A DNA stretch of 64,000 bases from Giardia intestinalis (Eukaryota), in assembly GCA_000002435.2 (NCBI GenBank), contig CM018790.1. One strand, given 5' to 3'. The first letter of the stretch is position 1. Each line of letters starts with the position of its first letter. This document shows, piece after piece, positions 9,947-19,404 of this stretch. The notes below the pieces were generated by a model. That model was not told where the DNA came from. It searched no databases and worked only from the letters and a program-made list of their open reading frames with translations. The position numbers and the translations under genes are program-made.

Positions 9947-10876
9947 ATGGACATCCATCTCATTTACCCCTTAGATTACAGTTGGACTCAGATTGTTTGC
10001 GCATTAGAAGCCATCGGGATCCATGTTAGCAAAGATAAGAGTGAGGCGTTTTTAACGCTTTTTTCTGAGACAAGCCATCTTTCACACACGCAATACATGG
10101 AGACGACGTGCATCAGCTTCGACGCCCTTCCTCATGGTATCGGGGTGTTGCTATTCTTTCTCCCCGCAGACAATTATCTCGGAGAAGCCGTGCTCGCCAG
10201 AAACATAGGTACATTCATGCTTCTTCCTAGCCGTCTTTTTGTCATAGACCCCTCTTGCAGACGCCAACACTATCCAGCCCATAGAGATGCATCCAGTGTG
10301 GTGGGTGCCAACCTGTCTCCTATCCCCACATTCAGATTGCCCGACGACATTGCTCCGTTGAAGTGCTCCATCTGCTCGTACTTGGGCCTCGTCTTGCATA
10401 AGCGGGCCTTGCCCGACGTTGTACAGGCGTCCTCACTCTGCCTGCTTGTCTGGGAGTGGATAAGACGCTATGAGGAGACTGCGTCAAACGCTACAGTCGA
10501 GAGCATACGACACTTTGGCCGGCTTGTTGGGGGGAATCTCCGAAACGAGATGGTCTCCAGTGACCCAGGAGCTCGTGAGCAGGTGCAAGTACAGCTGACG
10601 ACCCTAGCAAACTTCGTTCGCAGCATTCTTCATAAGAGCTGCACAAATACTTCGATGATACTGGGCCACTGCACGCTAAAAGAATACAAGCTACAAATCT
10701 TCATTTACGTCAGGTACAGGCCAGCAACCTTTCAGATACTGCTGGGCCACATGCTTGCAAGCATTTGCTGGTCGTTCACGGGAAGCAAGGAGGACACAGT
10801 CGTTTGCAGCCAGGACAAGACACATCTCGCCATCTCTGTTCTACTGCATCGCCCGCCTAGCTCACCCCATGCTTAG
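9947..10876 (+). CDS. hypothetical protein (309 aa)
   Basis: ORF length only. No family recognised. Confidence 0.45.
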   Translation: MDIHLIYPLDYSWTQIVCALEAIGIHVSKDKSEAFLTLFSETSHLSHTQYMETTCISFDALPHGIGVLLFFLPADNYLGEAVLARNIGTFMLLPSRLFVIDPSCRRQHYPAHRDASSVVGANLSPIPTFRLPDDIAPLKCSICSYLGLVLHKRALPDVVQASSLCLLVWEWIRRYEETASNATVESIRHFGRLVGGNLRNEMVSSDPGAREQVQVQLTTLANFVRSILHKSCTNTSMILGHCTLKEYKLQIFIYVRYRPATFQILLGHMLASICWSFTGSKEDTVVCSQDKTHLAISVLLHRPPSSPHA

Positions 10877-10908
10877 ACGTCTAGTATTGCTATCGTCATT
10901 GGCGGCAC

Positions 10909-11079
10909 TCATGAAAGGTGTGCCTCAAACTCTTTGGACGCCTCTACAAGGTAGTTGCCAATGAACTCGATCGCGTCTTTGGGCTTTCTGCATATTGCCT
11001 CTGCAAATGCATTGGACAGCTGCTCACCAACTGCTTCGGTAAGATACTTAATCGTCGCCTGGTCAATCCTCGTGTCCAT
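10909..11079 (-). CDS. DPY-30/RIIa-motif small protein (56 aa), not in the ORF track
   Basis: Minus-strand translation gives MDTRIDQATIKYLTEAVGEQLSNAFAEAICRKPKDAIEFIGNYLVEASKEFEAHLS. This matches the DPY-30 dimerisation/docking motif (compare human DPY30 …[44 protein letters not shown]). The A-rich initiator is ggggaaaagagATG and the stop is TGA. Confidence 0.65.
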   Translation of the reverse strand: MDTRIDQATIKYLTEAVGEQLSNAFAEAICRKPKDAIEFIGNYLVEASKEFEAHLS

Positions 11080-11177
11080 CTCTTTTCCCCAAGAATTTGA
11101 TATATGATCAATTCAATTTTTTTGTCACATAATTTATTTTAATTGCACTTGTCCATATTAACTTCATGCTTTTATGA

Positions 11178-11828
11178 ATGGAACAACTCGTAGTCCGGGA
11201 TATACAGGGAACGGAGGACCTCGAGGTGCTCAAGAAGAAGCACATCGCCCTGATAGTTAAGGACGGCATGTCCTCTGCGGCATTTTACAAGGTCTACAAT
11301 AGCATTTTGTGCCGCTATCCAGATGACCACGTCCTGCTCAATGGGGTGTTTTCCTTGCTGATGCTCATCCTGCTCGATATAGGTACAGAGCGACCGGAGA
11401 TACCACAGGATGACGCGCTGGTGGACACTGTTCACTCTTATTACAAGGCACTCCAGGGCACCTTAGAGTACAAGGAGTTTCTGTCGTCTCTGCGCTCCAT
11501 GCTCCCGTTCATCATGCAGCTAAATATTGATGCTGGTCGATTGTTTCAGATTATTCTTTTTCAAAGGACTCCGGCTGAGCTAAGGTATGAAACATTTGCC
11601 TCTGCAGAGGAGATTAGGGCCATGTGGGAATCGGATATCCTTTGCTTTGATTGTGGCGTGTACCTTAAGTATGGGAAGAGCGGTCATATATGTACCCATG
11701 CTCCGCAGCTTTCTGAACGGTTGTCCACAACCCAGAAGATTCAGAGAAACTGGGGTCCAGTGCGCTTTGAGTGGGTTGCAGAGCGGGTTCACGAGCCAAC
11801 CAACATCCCCTTTGTGCGAGTCGTCTGA
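11178..11828 (+). CDS. hypothetical protein (216 aa) with a C-terminal Cys/His cluster (CFDCGVYLKYGKSGHICTH)
   Basis: ORF preceded by a long A/T-rich spacer. No family recognised. Confidence 0.5.
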   Translation: MEQLVVRDIQGTEDLEVLKKKHIALIVKDGMSSAAFYKVYNSILCRYPDDHVLLNGVFSLLMLILLDIGTERPEIPQDDALVDTVHSYYKALQGTLEYKEFLSSLRSMLPFIMQLNIDAGRLFQIILFQRTPAELRYETFASAEEIRAMWESDILCFDCGVYLKYGKSGHICTHAPQLSERLSTTQKIQRNWGPVRFEWVAERVHEPTNIPFVRVV

Positions 11829-11939
11829 ACTCTAAGCTTGGAGTGGCTAAGCTGTCTCTCGAAAGCCATTCTCTGCTTGTGGATTGGGACTGTGGACAAT
11901 TGGAAAAGGTTCGCAGTTCACTGTGAAGTTGCTAGGCTA

Positions 11940-12641
11940 CTAATAGAAGTTAGATGCGTCTGTTCTGTAGTTGGCTTCGTGTGCCTTGCGCGCGATTTCT
12001 CTTGGGTTCTTCTCTACTTCAGGGGGAGAATTGCTAGTTGGTTTGAAGCCGGCCTGATTGAACCCATAGTTCATGTCATATCCATAGTTGGGGTTTGATA
12101 GAGCATCAGACGACTTGCCTGGTCTATCCATACTTGCCTGTTCAATCGCCCGCTGTCTGAATTCGTCATAGGTGGCTGAGGAGTCAGAGGGAATGACATG
12201 CGACTCTTGACCCTTCTTGTTGATACCGATGGACGTGTGTAAACTAGCCTCTTCCAAAGCAGGATCTGCTCTGACGTGAAACTGGTCCTTAGGTCTCTGT
12301 GTGCTCACGTGGACACTGGGAGGCGGCAACTTGCGGATCAACTCACCATTGGCATCAAGGTCGCCCCCTGGGCTTATGAGTACGCCCTCATCCTTGCGCT
12401 TATGCTCGCTGTTGTGCCTTGTAGCAAGCTCTGCATGCTCAGCAGACCTCTGAGCTGCGTAATCCTTCATGTCATTATCGGACATAAAGACTATCGATGA
12501 AGAAGTGTTTGCACCCGGCTTCATTCTGCGACCGGGAAGGGGCTGCTCTGCCGTTGCATCTCCAGTCTCGAAGGTTATCTGTGAGACCATTTGCTTCTGT
12601 ATGCGCGTGGGCACAGGGTCTGGGGGCGCCATCCAGGACAT
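11940..12641 (-). CDS. hypothetical low-complexity protein
   Basis: I take the start as the ATG at 12641 (MSWMAPP…). That gives a 14-bp A-rich spacer (tagctttaaaaaaag) shared with the divergent gene at 12656. The track start at 12674 would overlap that gene. Confidence 0.5.
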   Translation of the reverse strand: MSWMAPPDPVPTRIQKQMVSQITFETGDATAEQPLPGRRMKPGANTSSSIVFMSDNDMKDYAAQRSAEHAELATRHNSEHKRKDEGVLISPGGDLDANGELIRKLPPPSVHVSTQRPKDQFHVRADPALEEASLHTSIGINKKGQESHVIPSDSSATYDEFRQRAIEQASMDRPGKSSDALSNPNYGYDMNYGFNQAGFKPTSNSPPEVEKNPREIARKAHEANYRTDASNFY

Positions 12642-12655
12642 AGCTTTAAAAAAAG
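12642..12655. promoter_or_regulatory. 14-bp A/T-rich bidirectional promoter/initiator spacer between divergent genes
   Basis: The sequence tagctttaaaaaaag separates the minus-strand ATG at 12641 from the plus-strand ATG at 12656. Confidence 0.45.
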
Positions 12656-15600
12656 ATGCTTGTGGATAGAGCACACAGCCTTCCGCTGGGCACCACCATA
12701 CGTGGGTTCACAGTTGTGGAGAGTGAGTACGTATCGGAGACAAGTACCCAACTCATTAAGCTGATTCACGAACAGTCTGGCCTCACCGTCTTCAAGCATA
12801 TCCCACAAGATGCCAGCTACACAGAGAACAGCGCAAACATTGCATTCGCGACGTTTGCATCTGATGATAAGGGCCTCCCGCATATAACAGAGCATTCCGT
12901 CTTCTGTGGGTCCGAGCTTTATCCCCACAAGGATCCCTTCAACGAGGTGACCAAGACGTCTCTCAAGGTTTACAACAATGCGTTCACGGCGCAAACTCAC
13001 ACTGTCTACGAGTTTGCCTCTCGCTGCAAGCGAGACTACTTCAACATTCTGTCTGTGTACTTAGACGCTGTCTTTCGTCCCGCCCTGCTTAAAGACCCGC
13101 GCATCTATGCCCAGGAAGGTTGGCACCTGCACCTCGAGACAGAAGATGGCGAGATTGTCCAGTCTGGAATTGTCCTCAACGAAATGAAGAGCCGTTGTGC
13201 GTCACCCTCCACTGTTCTTGTGTATAATCTCCAGCGCCTCCTCTATGGTGGTACTGCAATGGGCTACGAGACGGGAGGCCTGCCAGATGCAGTGGTTACA
13301 GGCACTCACACGGATATAGCTGAGTTCTACAAGCGTTTCTATTACCCTGGGAACTGTGTCATTGCTTTCCACGGGAATATTCCTCTAGAAGATGAGCTTC
13401 GGGCAATTGTGGAACCATACTTGCTTGATTATGTCGGCGGAGAAGGCCCTGCCTTATCAAAGCGGTCTCCACCTACCCCAATCCTATATAGAGACCAGCC
13501 TAATTTACCAGAGCTAACGAAGGATGAGGTCTCTGCACAGGCGCGCGTCTCCAGCCGGTCTGCTCGCCGAGTCCGTTTCGTAGAGTACGGCGTGTCCAAG
13601 GAGACAAAAGCCTTGAAAAAGGAGGGAATAATAGGCAGGATTTACTATCTCTTCGACCTCCGTGACGCGACGCCCCTCTTGCTTCTCTCCGTCCGTGTGC
13701 TGGACTACATCCTTTTTGATCAGACGTCGAGCCCTGTGCCAGAGAGCCTTCAGTCTTCTTCGCTTTGCAAATCTTGCTATTCCATGTTAGACTGTACTGA
13801 GCTGCAGTGCACTCTCTACTTGTCTTTTCTTGGCTGTGAGCACACAGAGGAAGGGTACCTTGCGCTTATCAGCGCATACGAGGACCTCTTGACTGAGCTT
13901 ATGTCTCCCGAGAGGGATGGTCAATACTATCGCTTCCTCTCTCCCCAAGCTGTTGACGCCGCACTGAATCACATTGAGCTCGAGTACCGGGACATCAGGC
14001 CGTATTCTGGCCTTGGGGTAAACAATCGCACCATTAGCGCCGCTCTAGCAGGCTGTCCCAGCACTACGCGATTGCTCTATGAGGAGCCCCTGCGAGAGCT
14101 TCGCAAGCTGGTGATAGACGGTACCGTAACAGAGTATCTCTGTGGCGTTCTGGCTAAGTATCTTACCGCTCTAAACCCCCATCAGGCCGATGTTGTGCTA
14201 GTGCCCATTCCAGGGTATCTTGAGCAGTGTGAGGAGGCAACGCAACAGCGTCTAAGAGCTCTCAAGGCATCCATGTCGCCTGAAGACATACAGGCCCTGA
14301 TTTCTAACACCAAGAGTCAGATTCGCCGCGCGCTGGAACCAACTCCACAGGAGATAAACGAGCTACTTCCCATGCTGAGGATTGAAGAGATAGACGCTGT
14401 CAACACAGATATGTTCAAGGCCCAGTCGTTCCTTCACTACGATCTGAGAGTGAGCCCTCACCTCATGCCTGTCCTATACTGTCATACTGGCGAGCAAGGG
14501 AAGAATCTGACCTACCTCGAAGTGTGTACGGATATTACAGACATGTGCGACCTTGAGACTCTTCCCCTCCTCTCTCTTCTTGCCAATCACATCCTAGGCG
14601 AGGTTGCTACCACCTCATACAAGACAGTTGAAAGCTTGCACAGGGCAATTGATTATTACACTGGGGACTTCTCCATCTCCTTAAAAGCAGAAGATATCCC
14701 CCCATTCCTCCGGGACGTGAAGCACCCCACCTCTCAGACATGCACATCTATACCATCAAGAATTTATATGAGCATAAGTGCAACTTGTAAGGACACAGAT
14801 ACAGAAGCAGTTCTACGACTCATATTCCACGAGATCTTGGGCGGCTCAATTGTGGGCCTTACAAACCCTCGCGTGCTTCTCCGCCTACTTCACGAGTTCT
14901 GGATGTCTCTCAGAGAGGATATAGTGGAAGGAGATGGTCACTTGGTGGCAAGCAGGCGGGCCAGTGCTGTGTGCGGTCGCCTTACGTCCTTCGTATATGA
15001 ACTAGCGTCGGGGCCATCTATGTACAACTGGCTCAGCAAGTTTCTCAGGGACACCCTTGCAGATCATAGCTCCGGAACCGGCAGCTTAGAAGATGGCAGC
15101 GGGGCCGCAGAAGAAGAGATTTGCCATAGTGACAACTCCTTTGAGGGAGATGATAACGAAGATGAAGACGACGCTTTCCTAGACAATGATTCCACAAAGC
15201 AAGAGCTCTGTCTCCTCGGAGAGCAGCTGGCAGCTCTTCTTGCCAAAATGTGCGCTCGCCCGGAGCTCTTTCTCGTCTGCGTTGGTCAGCGCATCTCAGA
15301 CCTAGCTCCTTACGTAGCAAAGACCAGGTATGCTCCAGAGGACATGAGGAAGATCCAATCCATCTTGGCACAGCATACATTTAATGCCGAATTGCTCCGT
15401 GTAGTTGACAACTCGTATTCTCTGAGGCCGGGGAAGCTGAGTCTATGGGTGAAGAGGCGCAACACTTGTCCACTGGCTGAGCAGTTTAATCGCTTGCTGA
15501 CATGGTATCGTTGCGAGGATCAGTCTCTGCCCTTGGACGCTGACTTGGCCGACTACTCTGGTGTCTTTAATAGCCTAGCGATCCCAAGCGACGTCTCCTA

Positions 15601-16174
15601 TGTTGCTCGCGCATATCTGCCTTCTCTGGCTGAAAACCTGGCCATAGGAAGGAGCCACTTGTCTGGAAATATACCGGCAAAGTACCTCTCTCTTCACATC
15701 ATCGAAAACGTATACTTATGGGACAATGTCAGGATAAAGAACGGCGCATATGGATGCCTGCTAAAGCTCCGTCTCAACGGCTCCGCTATACTCTTCTCCT
15801 ATGATGACTCCAGAGTGGTTGAGACTATTAAGATATATGATAAGTTATCAGAGTCAGCAGAAGAGCTGTACGGTAGCCTAGATAAGCGAACACTAGACGG
15901 TTACAAGATAGGGTGTCTCAGCGCCAACCAGATCGGGATTTCGCCCAAAGAAATCTTTAAACAGGCCATTTACTATTTCATGGCAGGCTACTCTGTTCGC
16001 AGGCATTACCGAGAGATAAAGCAAACCCTCCGTGTGACCAAGGACGCCCTCATGAAGGCTCACGAATACTTCTCAAATCTATCATCCGCGCCATCTGTTA
16101 TTGTAGGATCTGCCTCCTCATGCAGGGATGCATTTGCCAAGGGGCTGATCCGTAAATACGACGTCTTTGAGTGA
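12656..16174 (+). CDS. M16C-family zinc metallopeptidase, presequence-protease (PreP/falcilysin)-like, 1172 aa
   Basis: Inverted zinc motif HITEH (HxxEH) within …LPHITEHSVFCGSELYP…. Size and layout are typical of M16C. A C-terminal …KNGAYGC… segment is present. A-rich initiator ctttaaaaaaagATG. Confidence 0.85.
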   Translation: MLVDRAHSLPLGTTIRGFTVVESEYVSETSTQLIKLIHEQSGLTVFKHIPQDASYTENSANIAFATFASDDKGLPHITEHSVFCGSELYPHKDPFNEVTKTSLKVYNNAFTAQTHTVYEFASRCKRDYFNILSVYLDAVFRPALLKDPRIYAQEGWHLHLETEDGEIVQSGIVLNEMKSRCASPSTVLVYNLQRLLYGGTAMGYETGGLPDAVVTGTHTDIAEFYKRFYYPGNCVIAFHGNIPLEDELRAIVEPYLLDYVGGEGPALSKRSPPTPILYRDQPNLPELTKDEVSAQARVSSRSARRVRFVEYGVSKETKALKKEGIIGRIYYLFDLRDATPLLLLSVRVLDYILFDQTSSPVPESLQSSSLCKSCYSMLDCTELQCTLYLSFLGCEHTEEGYLALISAYEDLLTELMSPERDGQYYRFLSPQAVDAALNHIELEYRDIRPYSGLGVNNRTISAALAGCPSTTRLLYEEPLRELRKLVIDGTVTEYLCGVLAKYLTALNPHQADVVLVPIPGYLEQCEEATQQRLRALKASMSPEDIQALISNTKSQIRRALEPTPQEINELLPMLRIEEIDAVNTDMFKAQSFLHYDLRVSPHLMPVLYCHTGEQGKNLTYLEVCTDITDMCDLETLPLLSLLANHILGEVATTSYKTVESLHRAIDYYTGDFSISLKAEDIPPFLRDVKHPTSQTCTSIPSRIYMSISATCKDTDTEAVLRLIFHEILGGSIVGLTNPRVLLRLLHEFWMSLREDIVEGDGHLVASRRASAVCGRLTSFVYELASGPSMYNWLSKFLRDTLADHSSGTGSLEDGSGAAEEEICHSDNSFEGDDNEDEDDAFLDNDSTKQELCLLGEQLAALLAKMCARPELFLVCVGQRISDLAPYVAKTRYAPEDMRKIQSILAQHTFNAELLRVVDNSYSLRPGKLSLWVKRRNTCPLAEQFNRLLTWYRCEDQSLPLDADLADYSGVFNSLAIPSDVSYVARAYLPSLAENLAIGRSHLSGNIPAKYLSLHIIENVYLWDNVRIKNGAYGCLLKLRLNGSAILFSYDDSRVVETIKIYDKLSESAEELYGSLDKRTLDGYKIGCLSANQIGISPKEIFKQAIYYFMAGYSVRRHYREIKQTLRVTKDALMKAHEYFSNLSSAPSVIVGSASSCRDAFAKGLIRKYDVFE

Positions 16175-16206
16175 TTAAGGTTTACCTACGGGATCTAGAG
16201 CCAGGG

Positions 16207-18483
16207 CTAAAGCATGAGGAATTCTGATATGGTCTTGTGACCACAGACGGCAGCGTAGCTAGCTGCGCTTTTCCCATCGGTATCTCTGAGCCCGCCCTCT
16301 TTCTCTACAAGGGCTTGGACCACTGTCATGTGCCCTGCAGCGGCGGCGTACATAAGGGCAGTCGTCCCTTGGGAATCCTTTATGCGAGCCTCCTTCTCCA
16401 TGAGCAGCGTGACAGCTTGTAAATGCCCATTACGTGCTGCAAACATGAGTGCGGTCTTCCCCTCCGTGTCTTGTAAGCCAGCTTCATAGTCTGCTAAGTA
16501 CATGACGAGCTTTGTGTATCCCTTCGCAGCGGCTATTATCAGAGCCGTCTTTCCCAGGTTATCCTGCATTTTGGCTTCAGCATCAATTAGCAGCTTTACA
16601 ACTGAGAATGAGTTTGCCTGTGTACCGATCATGAGAGCCGTTTGACCATCATATGCCTGGAGCCTCTTCTCTTGAGGCAGAAGGAGCTCTACCATTGGGA
16701 TGTTACTGTCCCGCGCTGCAAACATGAGTGCGGACCAGCCATAGTTATCTACCTTTCCCAGCTCAAGCGAATTACTTATAAGTAGGGTCACCAAGCTCCC
16801 TATACGCATGTTCTTGTGTGCATCTTGGCTAGCTGACGAGTCTGGTGTCGATGAATCACCGTGAGTGTTTAAACATAAGCTTGTTTTGCTGGCCATCATG
16901 AGAGCTGTGTGCCCGTTGGCGTCTCGCTGACCAGCTTCGTGCTCTAGTAGCAAGAAGACGACCTCGTGGTTTCCCTTTTCAGAAGCATACATGAGAGCAG
17001 TCTTCCCAGTGAGATCTTTCAGAAGCTTCTCCCTTCCCATCAATAAGTGCACTATATCGCAGTAACCCTCAGCAGCGGCTACCATGAGACTGGATATACC
17101 ATCTGTTTGAACACATCCTGCCTGTATTGGAGCAAGTAGCTCAGCAATACTGGTATGTCCACGCTTGCAAGCCATGTGCAAGGCTGTGGTCCCATTGTGT
17201 GTACTTATGCTGGCCTCGTAGGGTAGCAAGATGCGCACAGACTCTAGCTGCCCTTCCCTAGCTGCAAGATGTAGTGCTGTTACTCCGTTCGTAGTCGTGA
17301 TCCCACCTTCAACGGGTGCAAGAAGCTTTACACACTCAGTGGTTCCTGACATGGCTGCAACCATAAGTGCGGTATAGCCGGCCTTATTTGTCATTCCCGT
17401 CTCTGTGTTCTCCGATATGAGACGATAAACGAGATAGGAATACCCATGCAAGGCTGCGTGGATAAGGAGGGTGTTGCCGTCTTCATCTACTTCGCGGGGA
17501 ACACGCGCAAAAAGCCTGTTGATGACATTGTTGCCAATCTTTTTGCCTTCTTCAAGCTGCGAGTCAAGCTTTTGCTGAAAAGTGGACCTGTCAGCCTTGA
17601 GGGTCTCAATTTGCTCACGAAGTTTGGCTATCGTCTCTTTTTCTTGCTCATATTCTTTCAGCTGTAGCTTTAGTGCGTCTATTTGGTCATCCCGCGTCCT
17701 CAATAGCTGTGTTACTTCATTCATTGAAAGTATGCGTTGGTCGGTCTGACAGCCAAAGGATACTTTAGATAGTGGCTCAGTATTGCTGCTAAGCATATCG
17801 TTATCATGCTCATTAGGCTTTGAGGAGTCTTGAAAACCATAATTTTCGGGCAAATCAACGGAGATTAACGTGTTTAGGGGATGAAATGAGGAGGTCTTTG
17901 AGCTATCTACAACGGTATTATCTAGAAGAGGCGAGTGAGTGATGTTTTTGTCTGTTTCATTAGCATCGTTAATGGACTGAGTTGTTATGGCGAAGCTAAC
18001 AGCAGTTTGGGGACCATCTGAAGAAAGGTATCTCTCTACCTTAGCAAGGGTCTCAGGATTACCTTGTTCTTGTGCTACATGCAAGACATCATCTGCAATT
18101 GATTGCGGAAGTAGTTCACGCGGAAAAGCAGCAATGAGAATGTCTAGATAGGCTGTATCGTCTGCCCGTACCGCTAAGTGAAAAGGGGTTTCACCGTTTG
18201 CATTCTGAACACCTCCCTCAAGTGGTGCCAGCAGCTCCGCGATGTCTCTGTCACGTTTAGCAATTGACACGTGCAGCCCGGAGTCGCCGTCATCATTAAC
18301 CTGGCCAGCAAATTTCTCTCTATTATTTCTAACAATATCTACGGACCCGTTTGCTATGGCTGTGAACCAACCCGTCGCAGACCGCAAAAGCATGTCGGTT
18401 TTTAAAACTAAGAGAGGAGAGAGATGCACCCATTCACTCAGAAGATGAAACTGCGAGGACGAGCGTGTGATTACGGTAGGCAT
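16207..18483 (-). CDS. Ankyrin-repeat / coiled-coil / ankyrin-repeat protein (Giardia Protein 21.1 family)
   Basis: Many ankyrin repeats (GKTALMYASEKGNHEVVFLLLEHEAGQRDANGHTALMMAS…) flank a central coiled coil. The frame is open up to 18657, but the track start at 18609 is a GTG codon. The first ATG in frame is at 18483, so the start is uncertain. Confidence 0.8.
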   Translation of the reverse strand: MPTVITRSSSQFHLLSEWVHLSPLLVLKTDMLLRSATGWFTAIANGSVDIVRNNREKFAGQVNDDGDSGLHVSIAKRDRDIAELLAPLEGGVQNANGETPFHLAVRADDTAYLDILIAAFPRELLPQSIADDVLHVAQEQGNPETLAKVERYLSSDGPQTAVSFAITTQSINDANETDKNITHSPLLDNTVVDSSKTSSFHPLNTLISVDLPENYGFQDSSKPNEHDNDMLSSNTEPLSKVSFGCQTDQRILSMNEVTQLLRTRDDQIDALKLQLKEYEQEKETIAKLREQIETLKADRSTFQQKLDSQLEEGKKIGNNVINRLFARVPREVDEDGNTLLIHAALHGYSYLVYRLISENTETGMTNKAGYTALMVAAMSGTTECVKLLAPVEGGITTTNGVTALHLAAREGQLESVRILLPYEASISTHNGTTALHMACKRGHTSIAELLAPIQAGCVQTDGISSLMVAAAEGYCDIVHLLMGREKLLKDLTGKTALMYASEKGNHEVVFLLLEHEAGQRDANGHTALMMASKTSLCLNTHGDSSTPDSSASQDAHKNMRIGSLVTLLISNSLELGKVDNYGWSALMFAARDSNIPMVELLLPQEKRLQAYDGQTALMIGTQANSFSVVKLLIDAEAKMQDNLGKTALIIAAAKGYTKLVMYLADYEAGLQDTEGKTALMFAARNGHLQAVTLLMEKEARIKDSQGTTALMYAAAAGHMTVVQALVEKEGGLRDTDGKSAASYAAVCGHKTISEFLML

Positions 18484-18723
18484 GCTAGATTGCTTTGTAG
18501 ACGAGGGGCCGCGACGCTCGCTTCTTGTACAAAACCTTGTGATTAGGGTTTGTGTTGCAATGTATTGTTCCGTCCATGTGCGGGTTCGTCTCGCAACCGC
18601 ATGTAGCACAGATATAGACGACAGGCTGATTTTCCCCAGCTGGCTCCATTTATAACATCAAAAAATTGAAGATAGAGGATAGAGTTCAAAAAAAGGCAAT
18701 CTAGCTGAGGTTAAAAATCGTCA

Positions 18724-19404
18724 ATGCGCCCCCATCAAGCTCCTCAGACGAGTCCTGGGTGCGCGCGAGGAAGCCCAAGGGTCTCTTCGCACTCTCCTGT
18801 CCTGCTCCCACCTTCTGCGCACATACTCAATGCCAAGGCTTCCAGTCCCAACAACTCTGGATCCCTTATAGTTAGTCAATGCACCACGTCTCTGCGAACG
18901 CCTGGCGTCAGTCGTTCTGCATATGTGGGTTCTCCTGCCTCGCGAACGAAGGGCCCCGATAGGTCCATACACAAATCTATAGATCTAGAAAACCCCAGAT
19001 CCACACAGCAGCAGGCCCAGAATCAGCAATGTGCTATCCTTGCAAAGAAAGTTGCTCAATTAGAGCGCCGCGTTGCAGAGCAGGAAGTACGAATTTTAGA
19101 TCAACAAGAACGTTTGTCCCATTTGGAGAAATGTGAGACCCAGAATGACGCATTCCATGCAGTGATGAGGCTCTCAGATGAGGTTAGCGCTCAGTTTGTC
19201 GAAGCCATGGGGAAGCTCAATGACCAATTTAAGCTTGTGCAAGCGGACATAGAGTATATTAATGGAGAGATAGCAAAGATCATGGGCGACACAAAGCGCC
19301 GGCAACAAATCGTGACGCAGCACGGGGCAAACATAGACGCTATAGTCAGGGATTTAGCATATCTCAAAAAAACATTTCATAGAAATCTGAACGCACATGC
19401 ATAG
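18724..19404 (+). CDS. hypothetical coiled-coil protein (226 aa); may be the 5' part of one gene together with 19397-20638
   Basis: ORF with an A-rich initiator (ggttaaaaatcgtcaATG). Its stop overlaps the next ORF's start (cATGCATAGc). Confidence 0.45.
   Translation: MRPHQAPQTSPGCARGSPRVSSHSPVLLPPSAHILNAKASSPNNSGSLIVSQCTTSLRTPGVSRSAYVGSPASRTKGPDRSIHKSIDLENPRSTQQQAQNQQCAILAKKVAQLERRVAEQEVRILDQQERLSHLEKCETQNDAFHAVMRLSDEVSAQFVEAMGKLNDQFKLVQADIEYINGEIAKIMGDTKRRQQIVTQHGANIDAIVRDLAYLKKTFHRNLNAHA

Noticed and set aside
10918-11100. 60-aa plus-strand ORF
   Set aside because: It is antisense to the DPY-30-motif ORF. It has no initiator context and no recognisable motif.
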